A stretch of 50,819 nucleotides of DNA from a virus (Duplodnaviria; Caudoviricetes), in IMG/VR virus record IMGVR_UViG_3300037478_000628, positions 1 through 50,819 of that record. The stretch is one strand, 5' to 3'. This document shows, one piece after another, positions 24,960 through 33,251 of the stretch. Position 1 is the first letter of the stretch. Every line of letters begins with the position of its first letter. The position numbers and the translations under genes are program-made. The notes under the pieces are model-generated. The model searched no databases and had not been told where the DNA came from. It saw only the letters and a program-made list of their open reading frames with translations.

Positions 24960-25609
24960 CGCGGCGCCTCCCGCTCCAGCCTGGCCGCCCGGTCCGCCAT
25001 GCCCCGCAGCTCGGCCGCGGTGAGCGTGGGCAGTGGCGCCTCGTTGGCCGGCGCCAGGTAGCGCAACTTCTTGATCCGGTGTTTCCGCACGGTGTTCTCT
25101 TCGCGCGTGACGGGCTCCAGATGATCCGGGTTCACACATGACTTATTCCGGCAAAGATGATCCAGGGTCAGCCCGTCAGGGATCTTGCAGATCAACATCT
25201 CGTACGCCACGCGGTGGGCGGGCCTCATTGATCGATCAATCCCGAACATTCCGTAACCGTCACGGTTACAATACCCCAGCCATCCCCAGCAGAAACCCTG
25301 ATCTTCTACCTTGGACCAGAACCGCTTCTCATGATCCCCTTTGATGCATGAGCCGGGATCAGATGGGTCGCCATTACGCCTATACCGTGAGATGTGCGTG
25401 CTGCACCAGCCGTGGCCATGAACGAACGCCGAACATCCACCGATCTTGCAGACGTTGCGCTTAGCCCAGACGCGACTGCCGGGATAGCTGATGGTGGCAG
25501 GCCCGGGATCGCCCACCCTCTGCCACCGTTGATAGTGAGACCTGCACCAACCACGAGTGCAGTTGGGTCGTTCGCATCCGTCGATCGAGCACCGTCGGCT
25601 AGTCTCCAT
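24956..25609 (-). CDS. HNH homing endonuclease with two N-terminal zinc-finger repeats
   Basis: C...GC......GWC..H..R..R.GDP x2; RFWSKV...CW.W...GYG.F...AHR.AY...DHLC.N..CVNPDHLE. Confidence 0.9.
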   Translation of the reverse strand: METSRRCSIDGCERPNCTRGWCRSHYQRWQRVGDPGPATISYPGSRVWAKRNVCKIGGCSAFVHGHGWCSTHISRYRRNGDPSDPGSCIKGDHEKRFWSKVEDQGFCWGWLGYCNRDGYGMFGIDRSMRPAHRVAYEMLICKIPDGLTLDHLCRNKSCVNPDHLEPVTREENTVRKHRIKKLRYLAPANEAPLPTLTAAELRGMADRAARLEREAPR

Positions 25610-25737
25610 TACCAGGCCCCTTCTCGCGTCCTTCGAGTTGTGGGTCTGAGGCCCGCCCGGCGGCTGTACGCTGGGCGGCCTCGCCAACTAGTCCATTCTA
25701 CTCAGTCGCGGGGCCAGCGTTGGCCGGCCCCAGGTAG
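25042..25737. mobile_element. HNH cassette flanked by 20-bp direct repeats, inserted in the holin 3' end
   Basis: CGTTGGCCGGC(G/C)CCAGGTAG at 25042-25061 and 25718-25737; visibly lower GC inside. Confidence 0.65.
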
Positions 25738-25880
25738 GTCGCGGTGGACGCCGCGACCAGCACGATCAGCCCGGCCACCTCCGGCTCCAGCTCCACCCCG
25801 GCCATCCGTGCGACCGCGACCACCGCGGTGGCGGTCAGCCCGCCCAGGACCGCCGCGATCAGCTTCCGTACCCGTCCCAT
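25698..25880 (-). CDS. Holin (two TM)
   Basis: RKLIAAVLGG...VAGLIVLVAA..TY..P.N; in the lysis cassette. Confidence 0.7.
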   Translation of the reverse strand: MGRVRKLIAAVLGGLTATAVVAVARMAGVELEPEVAGLIVLVAASTATYLGPANAGPATE

Positions 25881-25896
25881 GTCATCGCCCTCTCGC

Positions 25897-26253
25897 TCAG
25901 CCGCATCGTAGGCTCGGCGGCTCCGGCACCGGATGAGCCACCAGCGCATCCCGGTACGCATCGCTCGCGGCCAGGTAGGAGGCCAGCGCCATCGCGAACT
26001 GCTCCTCATCCTGGCTGGCCACCGCCCGCACCAGCCGGTCCAACGCGTCCGTGCGGTCCGCCGACAGGTCACCCAGCACGGTGGTACGGGCCATGCTGGC
26101 GTCCCCCCACGCCTGCGTGCACTCGATGATCCGCACCTGCTCCCGGGCCAGCCCCTCCACCCGCAGGAACCCGGGGACGAACACGAACGCCAGCATCAGC
26201 AGCATGACCGTGTACGGGCGACCGCTCAGCCAGCGGACAATCCGGAGGATCAC
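25897..26253 (-). CDS. Membrane-anchored lysis-region protein
   Basis: N-terminal TM, helical ectodomain, Cys near the middle and at the end (PVPEPP..C). Confidence 0.65.
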   Translation of the reverse strand: MILRIVRWLSGRPYTVMLLMLAFVFVPGFLRVEGLAREQVRIIECTQAWGDASMARTTVLGDLSADRTDALDRLVRAVASQDEEQFAMALASYLAASDAYRDALVAHPVPEPPSLRCG

Positions 26254-26257
26254 GGCA

Positions 26258-26344
26258 TCAGCTCGCCAGCCACAGCATGACCGAGACCACCGCCGCCGCG
26301 GTCAGGTAGATGACCGTGATCGGGTACCGCCTAGTCAGTGCCAT
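26258..26344 (-). CDS. Single-TM micropeptide (28 aa)
   Basis: MALTRRYPITVIYLTAAAVVSVMLWLAS; AGGAGG upstream. Confidence 0.45.
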   Translation of the reverse strand: MALTRRYPITVIYLTAAAVVSVMLWLAS

Positions 26345-26543
26345 TGCGTCGCCTCCTCGCCTCATCGACCCGCATGACCACGGGGCTGAGCAGGATCGCG
26401 CCGAGGAAGCTGAGCACCGCGGCGCGTGCCCCCCCCAGTGTGACCTCCCACATGGTCAGCGCGAGCGCCACGCTCACCACGGCGGTGTCCCGGACCGGCC
26501 GGCTCACCCATCGGCCCTGCGCGCCGTTGGCATTCGGGCTCAT
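26331..26543 (-). CDS. Two-TM holin-like protein
   Basis: Directly after the endolysin; two hydrophobic helices. Confidence 0.65.
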   Translation of the reverse strand: MSPNANGAQGRWVSRPVRDTAVVSVALALTMWEVTLGGARAAVLSFLGAILLSPVVMRVDEARRRRNGTD

Positions 26544-26550
26544 CTCCGGG

Positions 26551-27453
26551 TCATGCCGTCTTGGTCACGATGCCGGCGAACGTCACTTCGGTCGGGGTTG
26601 GACCCGCCGGCCCGGCCGGGCCGGGCTCGCCCCGATCACCCTTGGCGCCCGGCTTCCCATCGGCGCCCGGCGGTCCGGGTGGCCCCGGCGGGCCGGCCCT
26701 GCCGGCGAACACCTCACCCTGGATGGCCACCGCCATCCAGGCCGTGATGCTGTTGGACCCGCCGAGCTCGTGGTCGGCGCGGAACCGGTCGCCGGCCGCC
26801 TTCGTCGCCGGACCGTACACCCCGTCGGCCGCCCCCGGGTCGTAGCCGGCCAGCTTCAACATCCGCTGCCAGTACTCGACCGTTGGTCCCTGATCACCCA
26901 GCTCCGGGAGCATGTCCCCTCCTGTCGTCTGCCCTAGCAGCACATCCCCCACCAGCCGCATCGCCCCGGCGTCGGCCACCTGCCGCCGGTCCAAAGTGGC
27001 ATGGAGATGCCACAAATGCGACGCATCGGATGTGGCAGCCCGGTTGAGGATGTTGTTGAACCCGTCGACCCGCTGGTCGCCGTTGAGGTTGCCGTACCAC
27101 TCCCGCACCACTTCGAGGGTGCCGGCGCGGACCGCCCGGTCCAACCGGGAGCAGACCTCGACCATCCGCGCGGTGCTGCCCGGGTTGAAGTCCAGCCCGC
27201 AGATGCAGCGCGCCTCGGCCGCGGTCAGCCCGGGCTGCACGGTGTAGCTGCGGCTGGTGGCGTACCGGCTGTTCAGGATCCACTCCTGGGAGCGGTGCGC
27301 ACCAGAGAGGTGGAGGTTGTCGCCCTTGGTGCCGGCCGCGTTCAGCGGCCGCCCGTAGGCGCGGCACAGCCGCTCACCGAGCGCCCGCAGCGGGTCGGGG
27401 GTGATCTCCCGCCCCCACCACGTCTCGGTCTGCAACTCGGCGTACGTCGGCAT
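26551..27453 (-). CDS. Endolysin: zinc-peptidase-like domain, peptidoglycan-binding domain, collagen-like tail
   Basis: G.KGD..H..G.H...D...SH.WH.H; L..GD.G..V...Q..L...GY..G..DG.YGP.T; 12 Gly-X-Y triplets. Confidence 0.8.
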   Translation of the reverse strand: MPTYAELQTETWWGREITPDPLRALGERLCRAYGRPLNAAGTKGDNLHLSGAHRSQEWILNSRYATSRSYTVQPGLTAAEARCICGLDFNPGSTARMVEVCSRLDRAVRAGTLEVVREWYGNLNGDQRVDGFNNILNRAATSDASHLWHLHATLDRRQVADAGAMRLVGDVLLGQTTGGDMLPELGDQGPTVEYWQRMLKLAGYDPGAADGVYGPATKAAGDRFRADHELGGSNSITAWMAVAIQGEVFAGRAGPPGPPGPPGADGKPGAKGDRGEPGPAGPAGPTPTEVTFAGIVTKTA

Positions 27454-27615
27454 CGTTCACCCCCTCAGCCTCAGCCTTTCGGGCAGACTCTGAGTCGGGC
27501 ATCCGACACTCAACATGACCAGGTCACCCACATAACCCATAATAGGTTGTAAGACGGCCCCGGGCGGCGTTCCAGCGCCAACACCGGGGCCTAGATCCCT
27601 GATAGGAGGGACCCT

Positions 27616-27945
27616 GTGAAGCACGCTACCGCAGCCCTGGTCACCATGACCCGAGTGCGACCCGTCACCAATCCGATGAAAGACGACACGATCACTCGGC
27701 TGGTCACCATCGCGGTACTCACGATACTGGCGGTAGCGGCAGCATTAGTAGCTGCGCTACCAACACTGCTTCCGCCGATCGGGCTGGCGCTGAGCGCAGA
27801 TACCCTACCGGCAGGTTGCGCGGCGGTCCTGGCCGCTGCCGGTTTTGTGCTGACCCCGTACCTGCTTCCAGCGCGCCGCCATCGATCAAGCTCGTTGCAC
27901 CACGATCGTCCGGTCCGTGAAGTCGCACGTGGTGCCGGGGAATAG
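27616..27945 (+). CDS. Moron-like two-TM membrane protein, opposite strand to the late operon
   Basis: AGGAGG RBS, AT-rich promoter-like region 27530-27550, leader hairpin 27556-27591, two hydrophobic segments. Confidence 0.6.
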   Translation: MKHATAALVTMTRVRPVTNPMKDDTITRLVTIAVLTILAVAAALVAALPTLLPPIGLALSADTLPAGCAAVLAAAGFVLTPYLLPARRHRSSSLHHDRPVREVARGAGE

Positions 27946-28701
27946 CCGGGCATACTGAGCGGTGAACACCGTGTCTCCGGGATTGAGCCCGTCAAGAGCG
28001 AACGTCGTTCCAAACCGGCCACCAACCTCGATCACATCCGTAGTGCCCGGGGCGCTGGCGAACTGCCCCAGAATCGCCGTCGACCTATCGCTGGACCCGG
28101 CTGCGGTGTTGGCCCCGGACAACGATACCGACATCCGACCACCGGCTCTGGCAACACCGGGCTCCGCAGCAGCCTCGGTGCCGATTATCGAGGTCGATAA
28201 ATGCACAATCACCTTGCCTGTGTTGCCAACGGAAACCGTTCGTGTCGGCCCGCCGGGCAGTGTGTCAAAACCGGCGGTGTCAGCGCGAGTTTCGGTGCCA
28301 AGAGCGGTCGCACTGAAAATGTTCTCGGCAGCGATCTCCGAGCTGATCTGCTTGGCGAAGCTGTTCTGGAGCGCCTGCAACACCTTGGCCGCGTTCTCGG
28401 CGCCTGGCCGGAACACCCGGCTGCGGATCCAGTACGAGCCGAACCCGCGGCGCCGGTGACCGTCGGGTGGGTGCCAGGAGTGGACCAGCACCGTCTCACC
28501 CGGCGTCCAGCTGAACGCGTCGATCGCCGACTCGACCGGCAGATCCGACAGCACGTCCCCGTCCAGGTCCACACTGCCGGTCAACGTGGACGGATCCCAG
28601 GTTAGCAGCGTGCACATGTGCAGCCCCAGGCCGAGCCCCGCCGGCTCAGCCGCCCCGGCGATCTTTCTGGCCAGCTCGACACTCAGCCGGTCATCGTCCA
28701 T
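27886..28701 (-). CDS. Minor tail protein
   Basis: Last tail gene; N-terminal L.TWD..T..G.V......LP...PG..V module and beta-rich C-terminus. Confidence 0.75.
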   Translation of the reverse strand: MDDDRLSVELARKIAGAAEPAGLGLGLHMCTLLTWDPSTLTGSVDLDGDVLSDLPVESAIDAFSWTPGETVLVHSWHPPDGHRRRGFGSYWIRSRVFRPGAENAAKVLQALQNSFAKQISSEIAAENIFSATALGTETRADTAGFDTLPGGPTRTVSVGNTGKVIVHLSTSIIGTEAAAEPGVARAGGRMSVSLSGANTAAGSSDRSTAILGQFASAPGTTDVIEVGGRFGTTFALDGLNPGDTVFTAQYARLFPGTTCDFTDRTIVVQRA

Positions 28702-31097
28702 CACAGGCTCCCTATCGCCGCCAGCAACCGGGTCCGGGCGGTGCCGGCCATCGGCTGCCGGGACAGCGGCACCCGCACCCGCCGCATGATCACCACGTCC
28801 CGGTTGCCATCCCGGTAGGTGGCGCGGGCCGGTTGCCACGGCCGCAGTGTGGGGTTGGTGATCGCGCTGAACTCCACCTCGTGGGGGGCGCCGAGGCTGC
28901 GGCGGAGCAGGGCGATCGCGGCGGTGTCGGCCTGCGGCTGGTTGAAGATCAGCGGCGACTCGTGGCGGCGCACCACCTGCCCGAAGTCGCCGAAGAAGTA
29001 GGTAGGACTCTGTGGGTTGTTGTCGATCGCGACCGAACGGACCCGGGACAGGTCGTCGGCGGCCTGCCCGACCACCACCCAGCCGTTGACCACATCCTGC
29101 CGGCTGACCCGACGGGCGGCGGAGACCAGCACCCCGTCCCGGCCGGAGCGGACCTCCCACACCGGGTTGTCCTCATCCGGGGCCGCCTCGAACCGCAGCA
29201 CCCCGGTGTCGTCCCAGTACATCAGTTTCCCGGTGCTGACCGCGATGTCCCGCAGCGCCTCGTACCGGGACTCCTCCACCACCAGCACCCGGCCTAGCGG
29301 GGTCAGGTCCGAGCTGTCGTCCCACGCGATCACCGCATCGGGGTAGATGTCGGTGACCAAGTCCTCGACGATGGTGCCGACCGCCCGGGTGGCCGGGTAC
29401 AGCCGCCGGGACAGCAGGTTGCCCTCGATCAGCGCGGCCATCCGGTCCTTGCCGGCCAGGGCGATCCCGCCGTACGGGGCCTCACCCTGGTCGTCGTCCT
29501 CGATCCGGTAGTAGCCCAACGGGGTCCACAGGACACCGGCGCCGCCCAGGTCCAGCCCGTAGCGCACGAAGACCTCGGCGCCGCGGACCGGCGACAGAAG
29601 ATCGGTGGCGAACCGGGGGTACGTGCTTCGCCCGGTGGCATCCGAGATCCCCAGCGTGTCCAGGGACAGGGTGGCGCGGACCTCGGCGGTGCCGTCGTAG
29701 ACCACATCCCCACCCAGGATGGGAATCTCCTCCCCGTCAGGGTCATCCCCGGTCGGATGGCCGGTGACTACCCGGGCCTCCAGCAGCGGCCGGTGGGAGC
29801 CGGCCAACGTGCGCCGCAGCGCTCCGGAGGCGACCGCGACCGTGGTGGACAGGATGAAACCGGACTGGTGGCTGACCAGCTCAGTGGTGCCGCGCCAGCC
29901 GGTCAGCCGCACGCTGACGCTGCCCCCTAGGTCGGTCACCGTCAAAGTGCCGTACTGGTCGCGGCCATCGAAGCTGCCGTGGGAGTAGCTACCGCCGCCA
30001 CCCAACCCCGGCGTGGCGTCGATCGCCGCGCATTGCAGCACCGGGAAGCCGCCGGGGGAGTTGGTGCCGTCGTCGAGTGCCACACCGTGGTAGTCGGCGG
30101 ACAGCAGCCACACCCGCCCGGCGAACCCATGGTCGCCGAACAGTTGCACCAGCTCGGCCTGCTCGGTGGTGAAGCTGGCCCAAGAGTCGGTAGCAGTGCC
30201 CAGCCACTGCTGCGGCATCAGCCAGATCACGTACCGGATCTCCGTGGAGGACGCTGCTGTTGTCAGCAGCCCCTCCATCCACGCCTTCTGGGTCGCGCCC
30301 AGCATCGTCTTCGACGCGGTGTCCGGGTCGCTGTTGGGGCTGCGGTTGTACCGCACATCGGCGCCGATCAGCAGCCCCCGGCCGATCTGTGCCGCCTGGT
30401 TGATGCCGTCAGTGCCGGCCAGCGGATAGTGCGGCATCCGCTCCCCATACACGGTCAGCCCGTTGGCCTTGTTGGCATAGGTTCCGTCGCTGTTGTTCGC
30501 GGCGAAGTCGTGATCATCCCACAGGAGGACACCGGACACGTCCCGCAGCAGCGCCGCCTGCCTGGGCTGTAGCAGGTTGTCATCCCAGAACGTCCGCCGG
30601 TTCGCCAACGTATCGGTCAGCGTCACACCCCAGTCGGGGTATCCCCAGTCGCCCAGGTTAACCGCCAGCGGCCAGCCGCCGGCGAGCGCGGCCTGCCGGA
30701 TGGTGTCAAACGCGACATGGTCTGACACCAGGTTGTCGCCCAAGCTGGTGCCGCTGCCGGGGGTGACCGGGGACAGGCCCGCATCACCGTAGGCCGCAAT
30801 GGTGAAGCTGGCCGGCAACCCAGCTGTCGGTAGCGTTCGGAACCGGCCGGTCTCGGACGTGTCGATGGTGCCGTTGTCCTCGACCCACCAGAACCACGGG
30901 GTGCCCGCGGTAAGGCCGGTGATGCTCACCTTCGCGACGCCCTGGGCGTCGACCGCCTGGCTGCTGGTGAACGCCGGCCCGGCCATGCCCGGGTTGTCGG
31001 CCACCGCCACCCGCACCGGCCCGCCGCCGTTCACCTTGCACGCGAACGTCGCACCGGCCGGGCCGGTGTTCCCTACGATCATCCACACGACGGCCAC
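28701..31097 (-). CDS. Tail hub protein (DUF5047-like) with an N-terminal PhoD-type metallophosphoesterase
   Basis: G.FRTLP, NLGDWGYPD, WDDHDFAAN, DVRYNRS, TMLG.TQK.W, LSADYH; then GSH......V, I.GG.V..D....VR, PLG.YRI, G.DRM. Confidence 0.85.
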   Translation of the reverse strand: MAVVWMIVGNTGPAGATFACKVNGGGPVRVAVADNPGMAGPAFTSSQAVDAQGVAKVSITGLTAGTPWFWWVEDNGTIDTSETGRFRTLPTAGLPASFTIAAYGDAGLSPVTPGSGTSLGDNLVSDHVAFDTIRQAALAGGWPLAVNLGDWGYPDWGVTLTDTLANRRTFWDDNLLQPRQAALLRDVSGVLLWDDHDFAANNSDGTYANKANGLTVYGERMPHYPLAGTDGINQAAQIGRGLLIGADVRYNRSPNSDPDTASKTMLGATQKAWMEGLLTTAASSTEIRYVIWLMPQQWLGTATDSWASFTTEQAELVQLFGDHGFAGRVWLLSADYHGVALDDGTNSPGGFPVLQCAAIDATPGLGGGGSYSHGSFDGRDQYGTLTVTDLGGSVSVRLTGWRGTTELVSHQSGFILSTTVAVASGALRRTLAGSHRPLLEARVVTGHPTGDDPDGEEIPILGGDVVYDGTAEVRATLSLDTLGISDATGRSTYPRFATDLLSPVRGAEVFVRYGLDLGGAGVLWTPLGYYRIEDDDQGEAPYGGIALAGKDRMAALIEGNLLSRRLYPATRAVGTIVEDLVTDIYPDAVIAWDDSSDLTPLGRVLVVEESRYEALRDIAVSTGKLMYWDDTGVLRFEAAPDEDNPVWEVRSGRDGVLVSAARRVSRQDVVNGWVVVGQAADDLSRVRSVAIDNNPQSPTYFFGDFGQVVRRHESPLIFNQPQADTAAIALLRRSLGAPHEVEFSAITNPTLRPWQPARATYRDGNRDVVIMRRVRVPLSRQPMAGTARTRLLAAIGSL

Positions 31098-31777
31098 TAG
31101 GCCAGGTAGCCTTCCAGCCACCAGCGGACGGTGGCAAAGTCGGTGGTGCCAGCCACCACGGTCACGCTGGACACGACAACGTCGCCGAGGTACTTGCCCC
31201 AGCCGAATTCGGCCCGGTGGGTGGTGTCGCCGCCGGTGGCGACCTGTGTGCTGTAAGCACGGAACGACGGGTTCATGGAGCCGTCCGTGGGTTCGATGTC
31301 CACAACGACCTTGTTCGACTCCACGGACGACCACTCCGCGACCTTGACCGCGGTGGTCGCCCCGTTGTACTCGGGGAAGTCCTGCGCGCCGGCGGCGTCC
31401 CAGGCCAAAAACCCGCGGACGTAATTCGCCCCGGTGTCGCCGTTGATCCGCAGATTCACCTGCCCTTGGCCAGTGAGGTCACCGACCAGTGTCAGGCGCA
31501 GCCGCTCGTATCCTGCCGGCACGGCGACCGTGAAGCCGCCGGCGCCGGCCGTGTCGCTGGCGATTTCCCGCCACCGGGTGGCGGCGACCGCCGCCTCCAC
31601 CACGGTCAGCCGGTCATTCAGGTCCCCGATCATGACGGCGACGATGTTGTTCACGTCGGCGTCGACCTGCTCGGCCAGGATCGGCGAGGTGCCCGCCGCC
31701 CCGCCGGTCAGCGTCCGGCCCGGCTCCGGATCCGAGGGCTGCTCGAATTCGTAGCCCCGGTTCGCAGTTTGGGGCAT
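31097..31777 (-). CDS. Minor tail protein / fibre
   Basis: MP.TAN.GY..........LAE.VD N-terminus and LR.NGD.G.NY beta domain. Confidence 0.75.
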   Translation of the reverse strand: MPQTANRGYEFEQPSDPEPGRTLTGGAAGTSPILAEQVDADVNNIVAVMIGDLNDRLTVVEAAVAATRWREIASDTAGAGGFTVAVPAGYERLRLTLVGDLTGQGQVNLRINGDTGANYVRGFLAWDAAGAQDFPEYNGATTAVKVAEWSSVESNKVVVDIEPTDGSMNPSFRAYSTQVATGGDTTHRAEFGWGKYLGDVVVSSVTVVAGTTDFATVRWWLEGYLA

Positions 31778-32349
31778 CACAGCACCACCAGATCCTCGGG
31801 GGAACCGATGGTGGCCCACAGCTCCCGAAAAGAGTCGTGGGCGGCCCACACAGCCTCCCACGAGCCGTACAACCGGCGTACCGTCTCCCAGGTCAGCGTG
31901 CCGCCGACCACATCCGGGCCAGGCTGGGCGACCTCCACCAGCGGCAGCACGAACCGGTACCACGGGTCGACCGCGGCCACCGGCAGCTTCCGGTCCACCC
32001 GGTGTGAAGTAACCGTCCCGACCATCACGTACATCGACCCGGGCAGGATCGGCCGGGTGGTGGGTACGTGGAGGAAGAACACCTCACCCACGAGCAAGGA
32101 TAGGTCCAGCTTGGCCCGCGCGTCGGTGGTCTTGGTGAGCAGCGACAGGGTGTACTGACGAGAGCCGCGCAGGTCCAGCACGCCGACCGGGGGAGTGCGG
32201 CCGTGCACCGGCAGCAGCTCGGCCCTAGCCTCCCGCTCCACCGGCTGCACGTCATCCAGGGTGACGGCCTGGTTCAGAAACGGGTAGCGGACCGACTTCA
32301 GCCACACCTGCCCGCCCAGGCTGGGTGTGGTGGACGCGGTCTCGGACAT
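31777..32349 (-). CDS. Distal-tail (Dit)-like protein, C-terminal module
   Basis: VWLKSV..PFLN...R.AR......GR..PV...D.R...LPL.EV..P...TW......Y.SW. Confidence 0.7.
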   Translation of the reverse strand: MSETASTTPSLGGQVWLKSVRYPFLNQAVTLDDVQPVEREARAELLPVHGRTPPVGVLDLRGSRQYTLSLLTKTTDARAKLDLSLLVGEVFFLHVPTTRPILPGSMYVMVGTVTSHRVDRKLPVAAVDPWYRFVLPLVEVAQPGPDVVGGTLTWETVRRLYGSWEAVWAAHDSFRELWATIGSPEDLVVL

Positions 32350-33251
32350 CAGGTCACGTCCGCGAAGTAGTGCTCAATGATGGCGCAGCCCGGCGCCCCG
32401 GCCCCGCCGGCGCGGGCCGCCTGGGATGCGGCGTTCCGGGCACCCGACCCGCCGCCGCCGAACCCGCCGGCCGGGGCCGACCCGGCAGTGCTGAAGGAGT
32501 GCGGCGTGCGGGCACCCGGCCCGAACATGCCACCGGCGCCGCGTCCGCCGAAACCCGCCAGGCCGCCACGGACAAATCCGTAGTGGCCGATCTCCCCCGG
32601 GATGATCAGGTCCGCCCCGGTGGTTGTCAGTCCACTGGAGCCGCCCGTGTTCTGGGCGTTGCCGGAGGTGGCCGGCCCACCCGAGCCACCCGAGCCGCCA
32701 GACACCGACAGGTCTGTGCCGACCGTCCGGGTGAGGCTGACCGCCCCACCAGCGCCGCCGGCGTTCGCCCCGGCCGTCCCGGCGGCACCGGCCGCGCCGA
32801 TGGTCACCGTCTCCTCATCATCCAGGTCTGCGGCCGGAATCCATGCGACCACAATGGTGCCGGCCGCACCACCACCCGCCTCCGCGTTCTCCCCGGCCGT
32901 GGTTGCGGCACAACCACCCCCACCGCAGCCGGGCTGCACCAGGACCGCCTTTACCGCGACCAGCCCCGCCGGCTTGACCCACTGCCCGGTAACCGTGATC
33001 AGCATGATGTTGTCCTCCGTCGATGCTTGGGTGACCCGCCAGTGGTTGAGCACGTCCGCGCCGAACTCGCCATCCCACAGCTGCCCGGCCCCGGCCACGA
33101 GCGGTAGCGATATCCCGCCCCGCACGATCGACGCGAGCTGAAACCCGGAGGTCAGCGACCGCTCCACCCGCACCGCCCCGTTCGGGAACCCGGAGATCGC
33201 GATCAACTGCCGGGACAGGGCCGCGTCGAAGGTGGACAGGCTCACGGTCAC
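32349..33251 (-). CDS. Minor tail protein: Dit-like N-terminal module plus Gly-rich domain
   Basis: VERS......VRGG...D.EF....N.WRV, then W.KPAG...V....GGGG glycine-rich domain; follows the tape measure gene. Confidence 0.75.
   Translation of the reverse strand: MTVSLSTFDAALSRQLIAISGFPNGAVRVERSLTSGFQLASIVRGGISLPLVAGAGQLWDGEFGADVLNHWRVTQASTEDNIMLITVTGQWVKPAGLVAVKAVLVQPGCGGGGCAATTAGENAEAGGGAAGTIVVAWIPAADLDDEETVTIGAAGAAGTAGANAGGAGGAVSLTRTVGTDLSVSGGSGGSGGPATSGNAQNTGGSSGLTTTGADLIIPGEIGHYGFVRGGLAGFGGRGAGGMFGPGARTPHSFSTAGSAPAGGFGGGGSGARNAASQAARAGGAGAPGCAIIEHYFADVT

Noticed and set aside
29850-31097. PhoD as a phosphate-scavenging auxiliary metabolic gene
   Set aside because: No Tat/Sec signal, fused to a tail protein and located in the tail operon
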